Shown piece by piece: positions 9,817 to 17,766 of a stretch of 64,000 nt of DNA. A program made the translations under genes and the position numbers. The DNA lies in the NCBI GenBank assembly GCA_965217585.1, contig OZ244561.1, positions 6,784,001-6,848,000 of the forward strand. The letters run 5' to 3'. Source of the DNA: Candidatus Latescibacterota bacterium. GTDB taxonomy: Bacteria > Latescibacterota > UBA2968 > UBA8231. Position 1 is the first letter of the stretch; every line of letters begins with the position of its first letter. The notes beneath the pieces were generated by a model that did no database searches, was not told where the DNA came from, and saw nothing but the letters and a program-made list of their open reading frames with translations.

Positions 9817-9909
9817 AATGCACCTCCAGAGTGAGGGGGTGGATGTAGTCGCCGGTCTAACCCCCTACTTCTATGCGCCCGACCAACGCAGTAGAACAGA
9901 AGCCAAAAA

Positions 9910-9947
9910 GCCCATGTGGTACCCGGCCCTAGAAGTGCCACATGGGC
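9910..9947. other. Conserved stem-loop in leader of FG-GAP gene
   Basis: GCCCATGTGGTAC-12nt-GTGCCACATGGGC; second copy at 12354-12394. Confidence 0.6.
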
Positions 9948-10070
9948 CATACGTCTCAGCATGTACTACAGAACCACCCTCCTATTTGGACAGCCGCGAT
10001 ATACCCGGATGGTCCTGCGAGTATGGGATACACCTCCTTTCTGGTCGTAGGGATGATAGACTCGGGTCGT

Positions 10071-12266
10071 CTATTCAAGTTTGACCATCTTGCGGATGCG
10101 CGTCTGCTCGCCCATCTGCAACCGATATAAATAGACCCCGGCAGCGACGGATTTCCCCTGCGCGTCCCGGCCATCCCAAGCCAGCCGATGCTCACCCGCC
10201 GCCAGCGGACCATTCCACACCTGGCGCACCGGCTGCCCCAAGACGTTGTAGATAGTTAAATCCACATCGCCAGCTTCGGCAGGCACAGCAAAGGGGATCG
10301 TCGTGCCTGGATTGAATGGATTGGGATAGTTGGCACCGAGGACAAAGGCCGAGGGCGTGGCTGCTGTCTCGGCCGCGATAGCTGTGACTGCTGGAACACC
10401 TTGGTTGAGGAAGACGAAGGCCCCGCCATCGTCACCTTCCACGCTCCGCCCCAACACCACCACATCGGTCGCCCCATCGCCGTTGACATCGCCCGCGAGC
10501 ACTTGGCTACCCATGCCCGGCAGGGGGTAGCGCCCTTCGACGACGGGCACCCCATCGCGCTGACCGACCAAGACGATCAGTGCCGGACCCGTCGCCGGGT
10601 TGATATCGACCACGGCCAAATCCAGCAGACCATCGCCGGTCAGGTCACTGGCAACGACCCCACCACCACCAGAATACGGATTCGATACGAGCACCTGCGG
10701 ACCGAGTAGGGTGTGGCGTTCCACCTCGCCCGAGGCGTCCACCCGCCACAGCACCAAACCGTGGTAGGTGGTGCGAAAATCAAAGTCGAAGAATAGATCG
10801 CGCTCGGGCGTCCCAACCAACTCCACCGCCCCATCCCCATCCAAGTCGGTGAGCAGGCGCAGGTCACAGGGATTGCCCACGACGTCAAAAAACAGCGGCG
10901 GTGGCTGGCTGGCCGCCCACGGCTGGGTCAGACGCCAAGACCCCTGCTTGCACGATCGGGTCCACAACACGCGCACGGCCTCGCCCTCCGGTTGCCCTGC
11001 CAGCAGGAGACTACTGAACTCTTCTTCAGTGTCGAGGTCAAACCGATCACTGTGGGCAAACCCAGCCGCGCCGTCATTGACCCACATAGTCACGTTGGAC
11101 CATTGGGCGTCGAGGTCCTCGACAACCACCAGGTCCACATCGCCATCGCCGTCGCCATCGACTAGGCCACGGAACAAGACGTCGGATAGCTGCAGGATGG
11201 TTTCAAAGCCATTCTCGCCTCGGTTGTGCCACAATTCGAGGGCCAGACCTTCACGAAAGGCCAGATCGAGCAGCCCATCCCCGTCCAAATCGCCCCCCGC
11301 AAAATTCCGCAGCAACCCGCTTTCTGAGAAAAGCACCTGTCGGGTGGGAATCAAGCCGCCCAAACCGTCGCTGGACGCTACCGTCCAGCCCGATTGGTCC
11401 GTCATCTCAAACGTCTCTTCGGTCACTTGAACGGTCGTGAAGTATAGCCAGACCACCACCAGATCGGCATCCCCATCGCCGTCCACATCGCCCAAAACAC
11501 CTTGCGATATTGGGCCACCGATACCTTGGCCCAGCACAGAAAAACGCGGGGCAGCGAACAACGCCCCGGGCAACCCGGCCTCGACGATTTCCCGAGGCTG
11601 CAATTCCCCCAGCAGCAACTCTTCGGCCCCCTCCAGTTGAATCCAATCGACTTCGACAAAGGCCGGATGATCGGCCGGACTCTGTGGGTTTGAGTTTAAC
11701 ACGAGCTTGAGTTGCAAGTGGAAGAGGGTGTCCTGCCAAACGAGCGCGGTATCCCCCCAAATGGTCGCAATCGGCTCTTGTCGTCTCGCTTCCAAACCGG
11801 CTTCCAAGGCGCGTATATCTATGGTGATGTTTTCCCATTCGATGGGATAGTATTGATAACGGATCGTATAAAGCCCCGACAGGTCGGGCACTGCGCTTGG
11901 GTCCGCTTCCTGCTTGCGGCGTCTGGACTCGACATTGGACCAGTTCATCAGGAGGTTTCCCCCGGTAGGGCGATCATGGATGATGCGCAGCCGGAGGGTG
12001 ACCCGGTCGAACAGGGCCGAGTCTTCCCCAATCAGCGGCGAGAGCAAGTTAATGGCCGGTCGTTGCCCGTCCGGCACCGGCGCAATGCGCCAGACGCCGT
12101 CTTCTACTTCGCTGTACACCGCGGTGGGAGTACCTCCACTGAGACTGCCTAAGTCGCTCTCGTGGGCGGTCCAGCCCCACGTGGTGCCCTCGTCAAAATC
12201 CCACGTTAAAGCGAAAGCTCCAAGTGGTGCCGACAACAATCCTATTGTAATGAGCAAGTAGCGCAT
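10071..12266 (-). CDS. Secreted FG-GAP/VCBS repeat protein with CTD (KMVKLE class), recent tandem paralog of 7624-9816
   Basis: Nearly collinear with 7624-9816; start MRYLLITIG after GGAGG RBS. Confidence 0.9.
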   Translation of the reverse strand: MRYLLITIGLLSAPLGAFALTWDFDEGTTWGWTAHESDLGSLSGGTPTAVYSEVEDGVWRIAPVPDGQRPAINLLSPLIGEDSALFDRVTLRLRIIHDRPTGGNLLMNWSNVESRRRKQEADPSAVPDLSGLYTIRYQYYPIEWENITIDIRALEAGLEARRQEPIATIWGDTALVWQDTLFHLQLKLVLNSNPQSPADHPAFVEVDWIQLEGAEELLLGELQPREIVEAGLPGALFAAPRFSVLGQGIGGPISQGVLGDVDGDGDADLVVVWLYFTTVQVTEETFEMTDQSGWTVASSDGLGGLIPTRQVLFSESGLLRNFAGGDLDGDGLLDLAFREGLALELWHNRGENGFETILQLSDVLFRGLVDGDGDGDVDLVVVEDLDAQWSNVTMWVNDGAAGFAHSDRFDLDTEEEFSSLLLAGQPEGEAVRVLWTRSCKQGSWRLTQPWAASQPPPLFFDVVGNPCDLRLLTDLDGDGAVELVGTPERDLFFDFDFRTTYHGLVLWRVDASGEVERHTLLGPQVLVSNPYSGGGGVVASDLTGDGLLDLAVVDINPATGPALIVLVGQRDGVPVVEGRYPLPGMGSQVLAGDVNGDGATDVVVLGRSVEGDDGGAFVFLNQGVPAVTAIAAETAATPSAFVLGANYPNPFNPGTTIPFAVPAEAGDVDLTIYNVLGQPVRQVWNGPLAAGEHRLAWDGRDAQGKSVAAGVYLYRLQMGEQTRIRKMVKLE

Positions 12267-12353
12267 AATGCACCTCCAGCTGTGGGGGGAGTGTGAGCCT
12301 ATCAAACGCCCTACCTCTATTCGAGCGACAGACGCAGTAGACCAGAGGACCAT

Positions 12354-12394
12354 TAGCCCATGTGGCACCCGGCCCTAGAGTGCCACATGGGCTA
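12354..12394. other. 15-bp perfect stem-loop in leader of FG-GAP gene
   Basis: TAGCCCATGTGGCAC-11nt-GTGCCACATGGGCTA. Confidence 0.65.
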
Positions 12395-12508
12395 TACCTC
12401 TCAGCACTTACTGCAGAACCATCCCCCTATTTGGATAGCCGCGATATCCCCCGGATGGTAGATCACGGAGGACAGGTACAGGACGTATCCTTGACTACGC
12501 ATCCTTTA

Positions 12509-13168
12509 TCAGGATGGTGGGCCCATTTCTTGTCCAACGAATTTGTAAGGATGTGATGGTGATCCCAGTCGCATATTACGTTGGAGCAGTGCCAGCCTTC
12601 GCTGCAGGGATCGGCCTGCGCCCGCTCGGTGCAGCGTCGCCAGCCACGTCGTACCCGCTGAGTCGGTGGCTGCGTCGTACACCCGCCCTATGGGCTGATC
12701 CCCAATAGTCGTCGTACGCTCTACGCACCGATCCCCAACAAACCAGCCAATCCCCGCGCCGGTCAGGACCTGTATCGAGCCATCAGTCTGCGGTTGCAGG
12801 CTCAAAATGTCGTTGCAGGGCAGCCCGTGCTCGATGGTGTACACCTGAAACCCACGCGGGCCTAAGACAGCCAGTCCACCGCCGAGCGTACCGAAGAGGA
12901 GCCGTCCGTCTGTGTCCTCGGCAACGGTCATTACCGTCAGATGAGGTAGCCCCTCCCCCAAGCCAAAGGTATCGAAATGCTCCCCGTCGAACCGACTCAC
13001 CCCACCGTCGGCCGTGGCGATCCAGAGCAGCCCCCGGCGGTCCTGATAGACATCTTCCACTTGCATGCCGGCCAGCCCATCAGAAACGGTGTACCGGTGC
13101 CCCAGCACATGATTAAAGGACTTTATTTGTTTCGGGTTCTGTTCGGCTTGGCTCGTCTCGTCCACCAC
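12509..13168 (-). pseudogene. Truncated two-component-regulator propeller protein (N-terminal fragment homologous to the EBP sensors)
   Basis: YTVSDGLAGMQVEDVYQDRRGLLWIATADGGVSRFDG aligns with the EBP N-termini up to TTWLATL (~12630), then similarity stops; first ORF after the sigma54 promoter. Confidence 0.8.
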
Positions 13169-13264
13169 TGCCCTCTCTCTCCCTATCTATGTTTTAAAGT
13201 TCTACCGCATCGGCCTTGCTCTCTTGCTGCTGCGCTGCTGAGGAGATATAAACACATTGTAATA

Positions 13265-13281
13265 GGCACATTCCGTGCCAA
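13265..13281 (-). promoter_or_regulatory. Sigma54 (-24/-12) promoter 1
   Basis: Minus strand TTGGCACG-GAAT-GTGCC, fits YTGGCACG-N4-TTGC with correct GG-N10-GC spacing; downstream of an EBP gene. Confidence 0.88.
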
Positions 13282-13302
13282 AAATTAGGGTGCCGACAAA
13301 AA

Positions 13303-13328
13303 AATCCTTTAGGACACCCTAAAGGATT
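13303..13328. promoter_or_regulatory. Conserved palindromic operator-like site, copy 1
   Basis: AATCCTTTAGG-ACAC-CCTAAAGGATT at about -49 to -74 of promoter 1. Confidence 0.8.
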
Positions 13329-13400
13329 GAAAAACATACGACTTAAAATATGGTACGGGTCTTTATATAATGCGTGGCCTCGCCATCAGCACAAGGCAAC

Positions 13401-13479
13401 ATACGATTTTCCGTATCCTCAATACGATTTTCCGTATCCTCAATACGATTTTCCGTATCCTCAATACGATTTTCCGTAT
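13401..13479. repeat. 21-bp tandem repeat (~3.8 copies) carrying 4 ATACG-N6-CGTAT dyads; putative upstream activator sequence
   Basis: Unit ATACGATTTTCCGTATCCTCA; same position (~-148) as the CACG-N6-CGTG dyads at the other three promoters. Confidence 0.85.
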
Positions 13480-13630
13480 GCGCCGAGGCCCAGCCATCCC
13501 ATTTTCGCTCCACAGCATCGAGGCGGATAGAAGGAGCCGCGGGATAGACATAAAGTAAAGCTGTCCGCTTTGAAGACTTGGCTTTTGAGTTAGACGCGCG
13601 CTAGCTCCGGCTCCTGTAAGGAGTTGCCCT

Positions 13631-16600
13631 CTACTTGCCCGTGCTGGGCTTTTTTGGTCGTCGCAGTCCATAGTAGCGCATGCGAGAGCGCAGCTTCTCT
13701 GGGTTCATGCCCAACAAGCGCGCCGCACCCCGCTCGCCATAGATCATCCAATTGGTCGCTTGCAGCGCCTCCACAAGCTGCTGCTTTTCGTCCAAGCCTT
13801 CGCCAGCCGCTGGCGCTGGTGCCACTGCATCCCCAGCCCACCGACCAACCGACGGCAGCAGCAAATCGCCAGCGCGTATCACCCTGCCCTCGCACAGCAA
13901 AACCGCCCGATGGATCAGATGCTCCAGTTCGCGCACATTCCCCGGCCAAGCATACGCCTGCAAGTGCGCGACCACCCCGTCGTCTATCGTCGGCACCGGA
14001 CGCCGCAGGTGCTGAGCATACCGCTCGGCAAAATGCGCCGCCAAAGTCGGGATATCCTCTTGCCGCTGCCGCAGTGGCGGAAGCTCTAACGTAAAAACGC
14101 TCAAGCGGTAGAATAGGTCTTCGCGGAACGTGCCTTCCTGGATGGCCTGACGCAGATCGCGGTTGGTCGCCGCGATGACCCGCACATCCACGCGTACAGG
14201 CTGCTCGCCGCCGATGCGGGTCAGCACATTCTCCTCTAAGATGTTCAGCAACACCCGCTGAGAGTCCAACGGCAAATCGCCGATTTCATCCAGAAAGAGC
14301 GTGCCGCCATCGGCCAGTTCAAAGCGGCCGAGCTGACGGCTAGCGGCGCCGGTGAAGGCCCCCTTCTCGTGGCCGAACAACTCGCTTTCGACCAATCCAG
14401 CCGGCAGCGCCCCGCAATTGACTTGGATGAAAGGCCGCTCGCGGCGGGTGCTTGTTTCGTGGATGGTCTGCGCCAGTAAGCCCTTGCCGGTACCGGTCTC
14501 GCCTAGCACCAGCACGGTCATCGCTGTCTCGGCGACGCGCACAGTCTGTTCCAGCACTTGGCGCATAGCCCAGCTCTGACTATGCACGACGTGGTCAGTA
14601 GTTCGCAGCACGTTTTCAAGGGCGTGGATGCGTTCGGTTTTGGCGTCGGGGAGGACTCGAATCTCCACGCTGGCCACCTCGGACAGCAGACCATCGCGGT
14701 CCATCGTCCGCACCTCAAAGCGGTACTCGCCCACCGGTAGGGCGCTGTATGCGACGGTATTGGCGGCCGTAAACGCGCTCCACTGTTCCACCGGACCGTG
14801 GCCTAACAGACGATGGCTGTAGCGCATCTGCCCAGCGCCGGTGCGGAAGCTGATGCCTTGAAAGTAAATGCGGATTTCAGGGGTACTCTCTGGGCAGGAT
14901 ACGGCTTCGGGCGCGTCCAAGAGCGTGCCGGCCATCACCTCGCGGATGACCAAGCGCGGCGGCGTGTGTCCCGGCTGGTAAGCGACCAGTCCCGCCCGCG
15001 TCCCAAACCACAGCCGGCCGCGACGGTCGCACAGGACGGCTTCGACCATGTTTTCGAGAGCGGATGGTCCCAAGCGGATGCTCTGGAAGGTCTGGCCGTC
15101 GTAGCGGAGGACGCCGCCGCCGCTGGTGCCCATCCAGATATTGCCCTGCGAGTCGGCCGTCAGTGCCAAGATGCCATTGGCCGACAACCCAAACTGCTCG
15201 GCGGTAAAGTGACGCACCTTCCGCGACGCGAGATCAAGGGCGAAAAGTCCCTTGGCCGTGCCTATCCACAGGGTGTTTTGGTGCTCCCACAAGACGTTGA
15301 CATAGGCGATAGACTCTGCTTCGGCCATATCCGCCGGGCGCAAGTGCCCATCCTCGTAACAGTAGAGTGCCGGCACTTCTCCGTATGAACCGAGCCATAA
15401 TACTCCGTCTCGGTCTCGCAGCAGCGATCCGACCCAGAATACCCTGTCTTGGTCTTGTAGCAAGGTGCCGCATTCATCAAGGAGAATAAAGCGATTTTCC
15501 TCTATCCAGCCGAAGCGACCCTCGGACGTGCCGACCCAGATACGCCCTTGCCCATCTTCGCATAGCCCAGCGATTTCTTCGGGATGAGTCTCTTCGGACA
15601 CTGCGATCGCTTGTGGCATTTGGCCCTCCCACTTGTACACCTTGCCCGCATCCCCACCGCTCCAGACCTGCCCCTGGCCATCCACCACCATCGCCCAGAC
15701 GATTTCCCTTGTCTCGACCGGGTGGACTTGACCCTCTTCCATGCAGGCCATGCCCCCCATCGTGCCGATCCACATCCGTCCCTCGGAATCTTCACCCAAG
15801 TAGCGAATCTCGCGGTCGGGCAAACCGTCGGCTTCCGTGTAGCGACGGATGCTAGTCGGGTCACAAAAAATCAGTCCGCCACCCCAAAGCCCAATCCAAA
15901 TATTGCCCTCGCGATCCCCGTACGTCAGACGCGTAACCGAAAAGTCAACATCCGGCAAAGAAGCAGAAAAGGGATGCCACTCCTGCCCGTCATGCACCAC
16001 CACGCCCCGGTGGGTCAGCCAGAGCCAGCCCCTCTCGTCAGTCCGCACGTGCCGCGCCCCGCTCTGCGCCACCCCTTCGTCGCCCTTACCCACATTAATG
16101 CACGCAAAATGTTGGTCCCGTGGATCGTAGCGGCCGATCAAGACTTCGCTACCTGAGTAACTGAAGGCGATCCATAGATGGCCGGAGGGATCTTGGGCGA
16201 ACTTCCAAGGCCATTGGCCCGCCCCCTCGCCGATACCCATGCGCTGCCCATCCAAGCTGATAACGCCTCGGCTCATCGTCGCCAGCCAAGTGGTACCAGC
16301 CGCGTCGGTAGCCATATCGTACACCCGCCCCAACGGTTGGCCACCAATTTCAGTTATGCACTTTATACAGCGGCCTCGGCAAAACCAAGCTACGCCCGCG
16401 CCAGTCAGCACCAGAATCGAGCCATCCGGCTGGGCTTGCAGACCCAAAATCTCGTTAGAAGGCAGGCCGTGCTCGGTGGTGTACACCTGAAAGCCGCGCC
16501 CATCGTAGGCGGCAAGCCCCCCGCCGAACGTGCCGAACAGCAGCCGTCCGTCCGCCTCCTCGGCAATGGCCATGACCGTCAGATTGGGCAGACCGTCCTT

Positions 16601-16774
16601 GAGGCCAAACGTATCAAATCGGGCACTGTCGAACCGGCTGACGCCGCCGTCGGCCGTGGCGATCCAGAGAAAACCCTGGCGATCTTGGTAGATGTCTTCC
16701 ACGTGCATCCCAGCCAGTCCATCAAAGACCGTGTACTGGCTGCTCAACACATGCTCAAAGGATATGTCGCTCAT
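13631..16774 (-). CDS. Sigma54-dependent EBP 1: regulator propeller + Y_Y_Y-like + AAA+ + Fis-type HTH
   Basis: GLP...V..I.ED..G.LW.GT repeats; YSALPVGEYRFEVR; Walker A GETGTGKG, ESELFGHEKGAFTGA, LFLDEIG, FREDLFYRL, WPGNVREL; HTH GAARLLGMNPEKLRSRM. Confidence 0.95.
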   Translation of the reverse strand: MSDISFEHVLSSQYTVFDGLAGMHVEDIYQDRQGFLWIATADGGVSRFDSARFDTFGLKDGLPNLTVMAIAEEADGRLLFGTFGGGLAAYDGRGFQVYTTEHGLPSNEILGLQAQPDGSILVLTGAGVAWFCRGRCIKCITEIGGQPLGRVYDMATDAAGTTWLATMSRGVISLDGQRMGIGEGAGQWPWKFAQDPSGHLWIAFSYSGSEVLIGRYDPRDQHFACINVGKGDEGVAQSGARHVRTDERGWLWLTHRGVVVHDGQEWHPFSASLPDVDFSVTRLTYGDREGNIWIGLWGGGLIFCDPTSIRRYTEADGLPDREIRYLGEDSEGRMWIGTMGGMACMEEGQVHPVETREIVWAMVVDGQGQVWSGGDAGKVYKWEGQMPQAIAVSEETHPEEIAGLCEDGQGRIWVGTSEGRFGWIEENRFILLDECGTLLQDQDRVFWVGSLLRDRDGVLWLGSYGEVPALYCYEDGHLRPADMAEAESIAYVNVLWEHQNTLWIGTAKGLFALDLASRKVRHFTAEQFGLSANGILALTADSQGNIWMGTSGGGVLRYDGQTFQSIRLGPSALENMVEAVLCDRRGRLWFGTRAGLVAYQPGHTPPRLVIREVMAGTLLDAPEAVSCPESTPEIRIYFQGISFRTGAGQMRYSHRLLGHGPVEQWSAFTAANTVAYSALPVGEYRFEVRTMDRDGLLSEVASVEIRVLPDAKTERIHALENVLRTTDHVVHSQSWAMRQVLEQTVRVAETAMTVLVLGETGTGKGLLAQTIHETSTRRERPFIQVNCGALPAGLVESELFGHEKGAFTGAASRQLGRFELADGGTLFLDEIGDLPLDSQRVLLNILEENVLTRIGGEQPVRVDVRVIAATNRDLRQAIQEGTFREDLFYRLSVFTLELPPLRQRQEDIPTLAAHFAERYAQHLRRPVPTIDDGVVAHLQAYAWPGNVRELEHLIHRAVLLCEGRVIRAGDLLLPSVGRWAGDAVAPAPAAGEGLDEKQQLVEALQATNWMIYGERGAARLLGMNPEKLRSRMRYYGLRRPKKPSTGK

Positions 16775-16818
16775 ACTCGTCCTTCCGACGCTTTGGAGGT
16801 CCGGCCAAACGCCTCGGC

Positions 16819-16980
16819 TTACTCCACCGCCACCAATCGCTAGATCATGATCCCTTTCCGCGTCAAGGCGTAGGCCAAGATATTAACACCGAGGTCATAG
16901 TCGGCAACTCCTGGACCCACTCGCCAGCCATCGCTGGAGCGCAGCACAGCACGGCCAAGCCGAGCAAATAACACATCGCA
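16819..16980 (-). pseudogene. Fused remnants: start of the discoidin/FlgD gene joined to the 3' end of a DUF4159 gene
   Basis: 16913-16980 matches ~3040-3113; 16819-16912 reads ..YDLGVNILAYALTRKG..; same mosaic at 27709-27870. Confidence 0.75.
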
Positions 16981-17231
16981 CTAATCATCTATCCAAGCCT
17001 CCAAACCCCATCTTTCTAACGTGCTCTGTATGGCAGGAGCCAGTTGCTGGAAGTGCAACGTCGGGCCCAGTTGTCCCAAACGGAGCGCGTCTCGCCCAAG
17101 CAATGGATTGAGACTCCGCACTTCGTTAGCCACGATGCAGACCTCTGTTACCCCCTCTTCGACATGCGATTGCAGGCACTCATACAGGATGTCGAACTCC
17201 GTCTTATTGATATATCCCATGAGTTCGAGGG
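16981..17231 (-). pseudogene. 5'-truncated STAS-like paralog
   Basis: MGYINKTEFDIL...WGLEAWIDD nearly identical to 3103-3399 but the first ~15 codons are replaced by DUF4159 sequence. Confidence 0.8.
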
Positions 17232-17700
17232 ATTGGATAAATAGAGAAAGCCTTTGAGGTTGCGCCGATCTTTTGGATCGACTACTACCATCGCCCGGTG
17301 CCGACCCGTGTCCAGCGCCTGCACATCCATTAACTCCAAGGACAAGTCGATCTCATCCGCGCCTTGCCGCACCCCTTCTAGCGCCCCAACCCGCAGTTGC
17401 GGGCCAATGTGCCGAGCGGGGAAATCCGGCACGGGCAACACCGGCCGTTCCGGCAGCGCCGCCGTCGGCAGCCGGGGAGCCGATGTCTGGAACATGGGTA
17501 GCGGGCGCGCCGCCGAGGGAGCGCTGCGGTGGCGGGCGCTTCGTAAACTTCACCATGATCGGCGGTAGGACGGTAAAGTGGGTGACCCGCTCGCGGGGCG
17601 TTATCCCGAAAATCACCAGCAGATGCAAGGCCAGCGATAACGCCAAGCAACTTTGGAGCTTTCTATTCTTCCAGAGCGGGACTTTCCATGGCCGTCTCAT
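17232..17700 (-). pseudogene. DUF4159 paralog, N-terminal part only, with internal frameshifting deletion
   Basis: MRRPWKVPLWKNRK... start, frame change near 17524, ends at LKGFLYLS where it joins the STAS fragment. Confidence 0.85.
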
Positions 17701-17766
17701 CTGCCCACGTCCCTCCCATGCCGTCTTATCTTCGTTCGAGTTAAATAGCTCAACGAAACTTACCCA

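Noticed and set aside
7624-12266. Diversity-generating retroelement acting on the FG-GAP paralogs
   Set aside because: No reverse transcriptase in the window; differences are spread along the gene and include non-adenine changes (GCG/GGG, GGC/ATC), unlike TR/VR adenine mutagenesis
12361-12390. Extra sigma54 promoters at TGGCAC in the leader hairpins or at DUF4159 3' ends (ttggcacggcaattaatc)
   Set aside because: No GC at the required -12 spacing; the latter is coding sequence (LARQL)
13401-13479. CRISPR array or iteron origin
   Set aside because: Repeats are contiguous with no unique spacers, no cas or rep gene is present, and the position matches the dyad arrays at the other sigma54 promoters
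13327-13671. Small ORFs with YDFPYPQ or RIRKIVL repeats
   Set aside because: By-products of the 21-bp DNA repeat; the equivalent regions at other promoters conserve the DNA dyad but not the peptide
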